A stretch of 63,722 bases of DNA, filler included. It is 13 parts of 13 records of this genome, joined end to end, with 100 filler letters (N's around TTAATTAATTAA, not from the genome) between each part and the next. Parts side by side here need not be neighbours in the genome. Positions count along the whole stretch, not along the records: positions 37,967 to 42,878 come from SRR7504441_10869; positions 42,979 to 46,274 come from SRR7504441_10871; positions 46,375 to 50,037 come from SRR7504441_10873; positions 50,138 to 60,352 come from SRR7504441_10880; 9 more parts are not named here. The stretch is one strand, 5' to 3'. The first letter of the stretch is position 1, and the number at the start of each line of letters is the position of its first letter. The notes under the pieces were generated by a model, which had not been told where the DNA came from, did not search any database, and worked only from the letters and a program-made list of their open reading frames with translations. The position numbers were made by a program, and so were the translations under genes. Shown here piece by piece: positions 41,295-50,863 of the stretch.

Positions 41295-42878
41295 TCACAA
41301 CGTAGGCGCTCGCTCGAGATGTTGCTTCTGGCCAACAAACCAGTCGTGCTCAGTTTCCCCAACCTCGGACGTGAGCCAGCCATGTCCGCACACGTCAGTG
41401 GAACTCATCCGGTATTGCGCGTCTTCGACTAGCATGTGCTGAATCAGGTCGGCGCACCCGCCAGGCAGCTCCTCTTGCTCGAGCTTGAGTTGCTTGAGAC
41501 CGCTGGCAGCCGGTGTGTGCATCGGCCACGGATGCTTAGCACGCAGCATGATGAACATCACCACACCGAGCGACCACACATCAGCCTTCAGGCCATAGTC
41601 CATCGATCCGAGCTCGGGCGCGGTGTAGCCTTTGGTCCCAATCAGCCCGTACTTGTCTTTGGCCGGCATTCCGTTCGAGATTGACATGTCGAAGTCAGAG
41701 AGCAGCAGCGAGGTGGGGTCCTGTGGCTTCTCTAGCAGTACGTTCTCAGGCTTGATATCCCTGTGGATCACGTCAAAGCTGTGCACATGCTGCAGCGCCT
41801 CAGCCAGCCTGACCATCCCCTGCTGAGCCTCAAACTCTGTCAACGGCCCACGCTTCTTAATGTAGTCAAAGAGCTCGCCTCCAGCCGCAAAGTCCATCAC
41901 AATGTAGCACTGGAATGAGCCCGGAGTGAACAACACCTCCTTGAGCGTTACGATGTAGCTGTGGCCCCCGACTGCGCCGTGGATCCGAAACTCGTCTTCC
42001 AGCTTCTTAATCTCCTCGCGGTCAGTCGAATCGCACTCGACCACCTTGACCACCACAGGGCACTTGGCCCCGCCCTTGACCCCGTTGCTGGTGTAGACGT
42101 CGCAGTTCTCGTTACTGCATAGCGCTTTACGAGCGCTGTACTTCTTATCGACCTCGCTCAAGTCAACTGTTGAGACTAGCTGCCCAAGCTGCTCGTCTGT
42201 CAGCAGCTTGGACGCTGCAGCGGCTGCCTCGTTCGACTGTGCCTCCTCCGGGGCGCTCTTGGCGCCCTTGGGCGCTTTGGCCTTGCGCTGGTAGCTTCGT
42301 CTTAGAGCAAACACGGCATAATTCACGTTCGAAAGCTGCTTCCACTTCTTCTTTGCACCAGGCCAGAAGGCGTCACTCAGCGACGGCTGCTCTTTGGAAG
42401 CGATGCCCGTCACAAACTCCGAGCCGATGACTTGCCTGGCGGAGGCGCGCATGGTTTGGTCCGGCTGGAGCATCCAGTGGAGCAGCTCGAGCGCGGCTGC
42501 GGCCTGGCCCTCCAGCTGTGCCTTGTGGGCCAGCCCAAGCCCATCGCACACCCGCTGCTTGTTCTGCTCGGACTCGGATCGAGGGAACGGGCTGCTCCCT
42601 GTGAGCATCACGTACAGCACAACCCCCAGCGACCACACGTCCACGGGGTATCCATACGGCTGGCTCAAGAGCAGCTCCGGCGCCACGTACCCAGCGGTGC
42701 CAACACCAGCCGCTGTCGACTCGGCTGCCGCCACCGTGCTGGCAATCGCGCAGTCAAAGTCGGAGAGTACTGCCGATTCAGGGCTTTCGCGTTGCCGGAG
42801 TAGCACGTTCTCTGGCTTAATATCCCGGTGTATGAACCCGAGGCTGTGCACATGCAGAAGCGCTGAGCCTACGCTCGC
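41295..42878 (-). CDS. Tandem two-domain CAMK-like Ser/Thr kinase, 5'-partial
   Basis: Two copies of HRDIKPENVLL, SDFD, GT.GY.APE and DVWSLGV in one frame. Confidence 0.9.
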   Translation of the reverse strand, partial: ASVGSALLHVHSLGFIHRDIKPENVLLRQRESPESAVLSDFDCAIASTVAAAESTAAGVGTAGYVAPELLLSQPYGYPVDVWSLGVVLYVMLTGSSPFPRSESEQNKQRVCDGLGLAHKAQLEGQAAAALELLHWMLQPDQTMRASARQVIGSEFVTGIASKEQPSLSDAFWPGAKKKWKQLSNVNYAVFALRRSYQRKAKAPKGAKSAPEEAQSNEAAAAASKLLTDEQLGQLVSTVDLSEVDKKYSARKALCSNENCDVYTSNGVKGGAKCPVVVKVVECDSTDREEIKKLEDEFRIHGAVGGHSYIVTLKEVLFTPGSFQCYIVMDFAAGGELFDYIKKRGPLTEFEAQQGMVRLAEALQHVHSFDVIHRDIKPENVLLEKPQDPTSLLLSDFDMSISNGMPAKDKYGLIGTKGYTAPELGSMDYGLKADVWSLGVVMFIMLRAKHPWPMHTPAASGLKQLKLEQEELPGGCADLIQHMLVEDAQYRMSSTDVCGHGWLTSEVGETEHDWFVGQKQHLERAPTL

Positions 42879-43069
42879 NNNNNNNNNNNNNNNNNNNNNN
42901 NNNNNNNNNNNNNNNNNNNNNNTTAATTAATTAANNNNNNNNNNNNNNNNNNNNNNNNNNNNNNNNNNNNNNNNNNNNGTAGCGCAAGCCGCGCAACGGA
43001 TAACGGTCGTAGTTGTAGGCGGGGCAGCAAACTCTATAGCATCAAGAGCGTGCAGCCCGCCAGCTAGCG

Positions 43070-43762
43070 TCAGTGGAGTAGCCCAGCCATGCCAGCTGTC
43101 CTCTGCGCTGGTATCCGACCGTTCTGCCACTCTTCTGAGCCCAGCCCAGCTCCCTCGCTACCTTATCGGTGGCTTCCGGGTCTGCTCCAGCGCCCAGCAG
43201 CAGCCGCACTATCTCCTGCTCGGGCCTTATTCGTCAACCGGCTACGGGCCGCACTCTGTTGCCCTGATCGAAGGCCCAGAACAGCGGTCCGCTCCCGTCT
43301 GCGGCTCGAATCATCGCTAGCGCAGGGTCCTCCTAGCCGCGGCGTGGGCTGGCGCCGGCCAATGCGACGCACCTCGACCGCCCGGGCCAACGACTCGACG
43401 TCCCCTTTATAGATCATTTCCCACAGCTGAGCCTGGCCCCGACTCGGCGCCGCTTCGCCGCTCTGTCGCACCGTCGCAGGCGTATCCTCCCATCCGGCCT
43501 GATCCACGGCAGCCGCTGGAGCGGCCACCGGGGCCACTGGGGCGCGGCACCGCGGCCCCCGCTCGTCTGGCGGTGGCTCGGTCGCGTCGACCAGCCGTTG
43601 GAGTGGTTCGCTCATTTGCTCCAGCTCCAGCGGCTGGCCAAGCGGCGGGCTCCGGGTGCAGAACAGGTGGCCATCCCGCTGCCCGTGCGACCGGTGGTTG
43701 GCCGGTACCCCCTTGTCCTCGTCCACTGCCATCGGCGCCCGGGCAGCCAGCGCTTTCTCCAT
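43070..43762 (-). CDS. Ankyrin-repeat protein
   Basis: Spliced C-terminus LWEMIYKGDVESLARAVE|EDPALAMIRAADGSGPLFWAFDQGNR|EIVRLLLGAGADPEATDK|NGRIP. Stop at 43070-43072; the start is inferred. Confidence 0.7.
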
Positions 43763-43822
43763 GAAATAGGGTGCCCGACGGGCCGGGGCGAGTCCGTTGT
43801 GCGACACCAACCACCGGTCGAG

Positions 43823-45513
43823 ATGAGCGGTGAGCAGGAGCGGGCAATCCAGCGGCGGGTGCTCACCCAGGTGGCCACAGTGCTCACCGACGGCAGCCCC
43901 GACGAGCAGGCGCCGCCTGGGCCGGGGACGGCTCGGCCAGCCGGGCCGCAGGCTTTCCTCAAGCTCACCAAGCGTTTCAACAAGGGCAAGGAGGATCCGG
44001 ACGGGTTTGTGGCCCAGGCCTCGCCCGGAACCTTCCAGCCGCGAGCCGGCGGGGCAGGTGAAGCAGGCGCTCGGGGAGGAGGCCGCCGGGCTCGTGTTGC
44101 CTGACCTGGCTTTGATGCTAGATATCTCCAAGCCAGAGCTGGCGGCCCAGGTGCCAGCGCGCTGGCGCCACAGGGCCACCGGGGGGCAGCTGCGTACGGC
44201 GACGGTGGCCGCGCTCGCGGTGCGCGGGCGGGCGGAGACGCTTGTGACACCCGAAATGATTGCACCGCTGGAGCTGATCGGGGAGCTGGTGCTGCTGAGG
44301 GTGGGTGGTAGCGAGGGTGGGTGGCAGGACGCCAAGGGGATTAAGGAGGACATCAGCATGGCACAGGCGGAGGATATCGTGCAGAAGAAGGCCGAGTTCA
44401 ATAAACTGGCCCAGGACCTTTTCAAGCAGCAGTCGCGGTTCATGGACTTGAGGGACAGGCCTGGAGCCAATGTGCCCAGCTCGGTGCTGGAGGATCAGGG
44501 TGCGGGCCCGGCGGCGGCACCGGCTGAGGGCGGGGACAGGGCTAGTGATTGAGTTGGTGGACGTGAGGCACCTGATTGGGTTGAATGTCTACCGGTTGGT
44601 AAAAGAGAGCCACGCTGCCGAGCCAAACACGGAGTTTCAAGCCACTGCGGAGGCAACAGCCAGGCCGGGCGCAGGGCCAGCAAGGGGTCAGGGCGAGCTA
44701 CGCCGGCTGGAGGCCAAGCTGGCCGAGATCGAGCAGCCGGCGGAGGCTGCGCTGAAGCGGGTGGACGAGTGGATGGAGAGTTCAGCATCCAAACCCGACG
44801 CACCTCAGGCCTCTGAGGGCGCTTCATTCTCGTACACGTCATACATGGAAACCCGGGTCATGAAACGGCAGCACCGGGCTGACCCGGTCGGCAGGAAGCT
44901 GCCAGCGCACCTATGACGGCCGAGCAGCCAACATCGGATGAGCCAAACGCACCACGAGGCAGCGACGGCCCTGTGCTAACTGCGGCGATCGAGGGCACCA
45001 GTGCGGCTTTGGCCGGGCTGGCCGGCAGCTGGGCCAGGCGAGATCGATAACGGCAAAGTAACGGTCTACAACATCGCGTGCTCGCTCTCCTTTGGGGAAG
45101 ACAGGGTGCACAGCTGGCAGGTGGCCTGGGCCGCTGCTGGGCAGGAGAGTAGGCAGGTGCAACACCGGTACTCCGAGTTTGTGACGTTGCACAAGCTGTT
45201 TGTTAGGAAGAAGAAGGTGGCAGCGCGGGCACGTGGCTGCTGCGCTCACGAGCTGTGAAGGTGACTTTGCCGGAGATGCCTCCAAAGCATTTGTTTGCAC
45301 ACGGGCCAGCGGTGCCCGTCGCCCGGCGAGCTAGCCGGCGAGCCCGGCGGTAAGGTGGTGCAAGAGCGGGTGGCTGGGCTGGGTCAAGTGCTTGAGGCGA
45401 TGGTTCAAGTCGACCGAGCGGATCCCGACTTGCAAGCGTTCCTCAAGCCACCAGAGGCAGAGTTCCCGATGAGCTTGGACGAGCAAATCAATTCGACCGG
45501 CTTCAAGTTCTGA
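43823..45513 (+). CDS. PX (phox homology) domain protein with helical N-terminus, about 10 introns
   Basis: Spliced PX core: TVYNIAC...SWQ|VQHRYSEFVTLHKLF..K|VTLPEMPPKHLF..|VVQERVAGLGQVLE...LQAFL. Upstream ORFs are joined by GT-AG and GC-AG introns. Confidence 0.8.
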
Positions 45514-45693
45514 GCAAGTCCGATGCTCCGGCCACCTAGGATCAAGCCGCCAAAATTTACTTGTTAATTCTAAATTACATGCGATTTTCTTTATTTTTTT
45601 AATTCACAGCAACGGCAAGGTCGTTCCTGGAAAGGCGCCAAAGCAGGCAGACCGTCAGCGTCGCCGAGCGGGGTAGCCGATCCATCTCCGAGC

Positions 45694-46263
45694 ATGCCTC
45701 GCGCCAACGCCCAGCGGAGCCTCGGCCTGTTCAGCGAGCCCTCGTATCTGAGCGCCGGCGACCCGTACGACCCTCCGAGCGCGTCTGTCGGCCGGCATAA
45801 GGTGGTGTCGCGGGCCAGTGGCGGTGCGAGGGCGAGGGCAGGGGCTAAACATGGTGACGAGCACCATGAAACGGGGCACTATCCCCAAATACGCGCTGTT
45901 CGACAGTGAATTCAAGCGGCTATCCGAAGGCGACGTGTATGTAAGCCGATTGGAAGCCGACCGACGGTGACAGCACAGCCACAGGCCGTGTCGAGCTGCA
46001 TCCGGGGGACAGCTCGCGGAGCAAGGCGATGGAACAGTGCCGGACTTCAAATGGCTTTCAATTCACGTCGCCTACGCGTCGTCGGACCGGTCTGGGCGAC
46101 TGCACTGGCTCACAGCCTTCAGTGGCTGCTTCAACAAGTTCCCGGCAGCCATACCAATGCCACCTCCTCCGCCGCCTCCGCCGCCCGGGAGTTTCCCAGA
46201 AGTACGCGTTTTCATACCACCAGGCCCTGCACGCTCAAGGCCAACCCGATCCACAATGTTTAG
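45694..46263 (+). CDS. Cilia/flagella-associated protein, CFAP96 (C4orf47/DUF4586)-like
   Basis: GLFSEPSYLSAGDPY and, after an intron, ALFDSEFKRLSEGDVYV resemble the recalled CFAP96 N-terminus (GLFSEMEYITVGDKY...YFD..F.RIFEGE.Y). The 3' exon structure is unresolved. Confidence 0.6.
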
Positions 46264-46406
46264 GACGCTTTAATNNNNNNNNNNNNNNNNNNNNNNNNNN
46301 NNNNNNNNNNNNNNNNNNTTAATTAATTAANNNNNNNNNNNNNNNNNNNNNNNNNNNNNNNNNNNNNNNNNNNNGGGGGGGGGGGGGGCGCTGACGGCAA
46401 CGGCAG

Positions 46407-47942
46407 GACGCCAGAGACGAGTTCATTCTGGAGTCGCTGGACCGAGACCTGCACAAGTGCTCCCTCGAGGAGCGCAGTCGGTGAGTGTCGGCCGGGCGGG
46501 CGCTGAGCCATGGTGAAGGAGCCGGAGCCCTATGCCGGAGCCAGAGCCCAGCTCAGATAAAGAGCTCGCGTGGGGAGTCCTCGGCACAGGTGCCAGCGGC
46601 AGGCCCAGCTCTGCGACGGGGTGTGCAGGCAAGATCTGTAACGACTTTTGTGCCGGGTTGATGGCAAACGGGTCACGGATCCGCGCCGTGGCAGCCCGCG
46701 ACCACGAGCGAGCAACTCTGTTCGGCCAGACTGTGGGTGCTGAGCAGGTGAGCGCCCGCCGAGGGCCGGGCCGACCGGGGTCAGGCGTATGGCGCGTACG
46801 ACGCGTTGCTGGCCGATTCTGAGGTCGATGTGGTCTACGTCGGGACGATCCACCCTGCACATTTCGACCTGGTCAGCGCGTTTATAATTACCCGGACCCG
46901 ACGCCGCTGCAGGTGCGGGCGGCGATCGCGGCCGGCAAGCACGTGCTGTGCGAGAAGCCGATGTGCCTCCGGAGCGCTGAGTCCGAGCAGCTTGTGGCCG
47001 AAGCCAACCGGGCTGGAGTGTTCTTAATGGAGGCCATGTGGACGAGGTTCTTCCCGGCCGTCCAAGAGGCCCGGCGGGTGCTCGCCTCTGGCCAGCTCGG
47101 GAAGCCCAGGGCGGTCCGGGCCGATTTTGGGTTCAATTTGCCGTTTGATGAGTCGCACCGGCTGTACAATCGAGCCGACGGCGGTGCGTGGCACGGGCGG
47201 ACAGTGTGAGGCAGGGCAGGCGGGTCTGCCCTGGACATCGGGTGCTACTGTGTGCAGTGGGCCACGATGGTGTTCGGGAACGAGTTGCCGGACACCGTCG
47301 GGTGCTCCGGCCGGCTGGCTCCGACCGGCGTGGATGTGGAGGGCGCGATTGCACTGAGCTGGGCGAACAAGGGGACGGCGAGCCTCATGTTCGGTGTTAA
47401 TGCAGTCTATCCGGGTATATGGCTCCAGTTAGTGTCGGTTGCTGATGGGGCCTGTCCAGAGGAGACAGTGGTCATGTGCGAGAAGGGCTGGCTCAAGCTC
47501 TGCTCGCCCGCCCACGCCCCGACTAGGCTGGAGGTGATGATACAACAGGGCCGGTAGCCAGCGAGTCTCGGGCGGCGCTGAGGGCCGGGGCAGCGCGGGG
47601 GGCGACCTGCGGGTCTATGAGGAGCCGCTGCCACCGGTGCCGATCGAGCTGAATTTCCCCAATTCGCAGGTGCAGAGAGCAGCACTTATGTAGCTAGTAA
47701 TAGTACAGTATTCAGCAGCTGCACAGCAGCGCCTGATTACGCTCGGCAGGGGATGGTGTACCAAGTGCAACACGTCGAGCAGTGCATCCAGGCCGGGATG
47801 ACACAAAGCGACCAGTACTCAACGGATGAATCAATCACCGTGGCCAAGGCAGCGCCAGCGTCCGCCCGTGTGTGCCTGAGGGCCGGTGGTGCAGGTCCTG
47901 GATCAGTTCCTGAGCTCGGTTGGGGTCAAATACCCGGCCTGA
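46407..47942 (+). CDS. Gfo/Idh/MocA oxidoreductase (dimeric dihydrodiol dehydrogenase-like); 5' extension runs off the contig
   Basis: WGVLGTGKICNDF, VDVVYVGTIHPAH, GKHVLCEKP, FLMEAMWTRFFP, ALDIGCY and NFPNSQGMVYQ, across about 9 introns including GC-AG 47849-47894. Confidence 0.9.
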
Positions 47943-48194
47943 TCGCTCGACCCCAGTCACGTGTGAGCTTTGGTGGCCGAATCTCGTACCAATGTCTCAT
48001 TGTATTGCGTTAGTAACGCACATCGGAGTGTAATCTAGGGTCATTCATTTATTCATTAATCTCATTTCCAAGGACCCGAGTCAGAATTATGTCGGAATAG
48101 TGTAGGAACAGTGTAGGAACAATTCTCTTCATTCACATTTTGTTTTAATTTAACAACTATTTCAAATACGTATCAAGGCAGCATTCAGCCTAGG

Positions 48195-49238
48195 CTATTG
48201 ATTGAGAATGACTGGAAGCCAGCCTGCCAGGTACCCGGAGGTGTGTCCTGCTAGCTCGCGCCTCAGGCCCGGCAGCCGCTTCGGATCCAAATCTGATAAG
48301 CTCGAGGCCAGCACCGCCTTGCCCCAAGTCCCGATGTTGTTGTGATCCAGCCGCAGCACGTCCACTGCAGCCCCGGCACGCAGCGCCGCCGCCAGCGCCG
48401 CCGCTCCCTGATTCCGCACAGCATTGAACTGCAGATTCAACCGCGTGATGGAAGCACACCGCGGGAGGACGGCGAACAGCGCCGCCGCGCCCTTGCTCCG
48501 AATGGCGTTGTGATCCAGCTCGATCGCGGTGAGCGCCGCGCAGCCCGGCAGGATCGCGGCAAGAGCGGCCGCCCCACCGTTGCTGATGTTTCCGCAGCTG
48601 AGGCCGAGCTCTGTTAGCCCGGTGCACCCCGTCAAGGCAGCGGCCAGGTCCGCAGCCCCTCGGTCACCGATTTTGAGGTGGGTGAATGCAAGGGTCTGAA
48701 GTGAGGCCGGCAGCGCGGCCGCGAGGGCTGAGACCCCTGGCAGCCGCACGCTACTGCTAGATAGTCTCAGGCAAGTGAGGCCACGACAGCTGGGGAGCGC
48801 CGCCGCCAGCGCCACGGCGCCTTCATCGCCGAACTTGTTGTGGACAAAATCGAGGACGGCCAGATCGAGCTGGGTAAGAGAGCGGCACGCCGGCAGGGCC
48901 AGGGCCAGTGCGGCCATCCCCTCGGCCCCGATGCTGCAGTTGCGCAGACGCAGCCCGACCACCCCCGAGCCCGGAAGCACGCGGGCCAGTTGCTGGGCGG
49001 CAGCCGGGGCAAACCGGCACTCCTTGCTGCGGAACAGCCAGGCCCCGCCCAGGGCCACTGTGCCCTTCGCCCGGTCCAATTCCTCGGCATCCATCGGCTG
49101 GAGACGCCGCGGGATCCGGCGTATCTGCTCACGCCAGCCGCGGCAGCAGAGCGCGGCCCAATTGAGCCCGCGCGACCAGAGCAGCCGAAGGATCCGGTCG
49201 ATGACCTCCTCGCTCAGCTCGCCCAACCCAGTCGGCAT
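48195..49238 (-). CDS. F-box-like + RNI-type leucine-rich repeat protein
   Basis: N-terminal LGELSEEVIDRILRLL...CCRGWR, then 28-aa repeats such as LTQLDL..NKFGDEGAVALAAAL. Confidence 0.85.
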   Translation of the reverse strand: MPTGLGELSEEVIDRILRLLWSRGLNWAALCCRGWREQIRRIPRRLQPMDAEELDRAKGTVALGGAWLFRSKECRFAPAAAQQLARVLPGSGVVGLRLRNCSIGAEGMAALALALPACRSLTQLDLAVLDFVHNKFGDEGAVALAAALPSCRGLTCLRLSSSSVRLPGVSALAAALPASLQTLAFTHLKIGDRGAADLAAALTGCTGLTELGLSCGNISNGGAAALAAILPGCAALTAIELDHNAIRSKGAAALFAVLPRCASITRLNLQFNAVRNQGAAALAAALRAGAAVDVLRLDHNNIGTWGKAVLASSLSDLDPKRLPGLRRELAGHTSGYLAGWLPVILNQ

Positions 49239-49272
49239 GAGCAGCTGATCCAACGGATTTTTACTGGGGCCA

Positions 49273-49971
49273 ATGAGCTCCTTCGCTGAGGTCCGGGCGA
49301 TCACCGGCTGGCAGCGGCCGTCGGCCAAGCACGGCTGTGACCCGGTGGAGGTGCTGCCGGGTCTCTGGACCGCACACTACCACTGCATCGACACCCCGGA
49401 CAAGCTGCACGCGCTGCCCTCCTCCCGGCCGTTCTCTCTGGTGGTCAACAGCGCGCTATGTCAGTGCGAGGCCCGGGACGGCTTCTTCGGGCCCGAGGTC
49501 CACGTATGCGAGGTCCCGCTCGAAGACGATCCAGCCGAGCGTAAGACATTTGACGGCGGCCTGCTGCCGGCCCGGAGTCGTTGCGGAGAGCCCTCGATCG
49601 AGCCCTCCCTGCGGTGCGCCGGGGATGCCCGGGCGCATTTCGACCGAGTAGCCGATTTGATCGAGGACGCCATCTCGGGCGGCGGGGCGGCGATGGTGCA
49701 CTGCCACGCCTCAATAAGCCGGTCAGCGGCCCTCATCGTGGCCTTTATGATGCGCAAAAGGGGGATGCGGCTGTGTGAGGCAATGGCGGCTTTGAAGGCC
49801 GTGTGGGGCGCGACCTGGCCGTGTGACGCGTTTGTGTACCAGCTGATCAGTTACGAAGAGGCGCTGGATAGCGAGAGGCGGCCGTGGTTTGGTCTCAAGA
49901 CTGGGTTGAGCCTCGCGATCGCTTTCCTTGCAGGCGTGGCTGTGGCCCAGCAAAGCCGCCGCAGCAGCTAG
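49273..49971 (+). CDS. Dual-specificity protein phosphatase with C-terminal hydrophobic tail
   Basis: EVLPGLW, VPLEDD and VHCHASISRSAALIVAFMM (HCX5R), with tail GLSLAIAFLAGVAVA. Confidence 0.88.
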   Translation: MSSFAEVRAITGWQRPSAKHGCDPVEVLPGLWTAHYHCIDTPDKLHALPSSRPFSLVVNSALCQCEARDGFFGPEVHVCEVPLEDDPAERKTFDGGLLPARSRCGEPSIEPSLRCAGDARAHFDRVADLIEDAISGGGAAMVHCHASISRSAALIVAFMMRKRGMRLCEAMAALKAVWGATWPCDAFVYQLISYEEALDSERRPWFGLKTGLSLAIAFLAGVAVAQQSRRSS

Positions 49972-50178
49972 TTGGCGCGTAGCTAGCACCACGATGATTT
50001 CACTATAGTCAACAATTTACTGCCGGGACTGTGTATTNNNNNNNNNNNNNNNNNNNNNNNNNNNNNNNNNNNNNNNNNNNNTTAATTAATTAANNNNNNN
50101 NNNNNNNNNNNNNNNNNNNNNNNNNNNNNNNNNNNNNTGGTGAGCCCGGGGGCGGATGCGGGCTGACTCGAGCGGCAG

Positions 50179-50526
50179 GTGGTCAGCTGGTACTCGGCGC
50201 CGGTCTGGCCCCACGTGTATGAGGGGCATGCGTACGGATCGGGCGACATCAAGGACATAATACGCGATGGGTTCGTCCCATGTTACGCCAACAGGAAATC
50301 GCGGCTCGACTGCGATTACCTGATCAAGTGGTACTTCGAGGAGAGCGATACCTTCTGGGACAGCCGATTCAGCGAGCAGCGGGTCCAATTCCCATGTCGG
50401 ACCGGCTACTTTCATGCGCGCGGGCCGAGCGGGCAGCATGTCTGGCCAGGGCAGTGCCCGCGGCCATCTGCTGCTGAGATCTTTCGAAACTTGGTGGCCG
50501 CCGGTCACTTTAGCAAAACCTTATGA
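50179..50526 (+). CDS. Terminal exon of an unidentified protein
   Basis: Preceded by a typical short intron (GTGAG...CTGAC...CAG, 50140-50178) and followed by an AT-rich 3' region. No motif recognised. Confidence 0.5.
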   Translation: MVSWYSAPVWPHVYEGHAYGSGDIKDIIRDGFVPCYANRKSRLDCDYLIKWYFEESDTFWDSRFSEQRVQFPCRTGYFHARGPSGQHVWPGQCPRPSAAEIFRNLVAAGHFSKTL

Positions 50527-50863
50527 TTGCTCTTGATCGCGGACGGCCAGCTTAAGGGGCTACTTCCAGCGGGCGGCCCTGGATCCGCACTGTACAATCG
50601 CGGTCATCAGCTCTGCTTTAGACATTTATACTCTAAAGAGCTGAGAGAGACGGATAGGTTTCATCAATGAAATCTAACTTACTTAATACAGTCATGTTGT
50701 ACGAGTACAATGTTAGTACAATGTATCCGATTCCAAACAACTCAATTGCAATCAGCCATGCTATAATTTAGGAGACACAAGCACTAACAAGTCACTAACT
50801 TAATTAATTAAATTACAAATCAGGTGTCAATGACTAGTCAATGACAGCAGCGTCGCTACTGCG

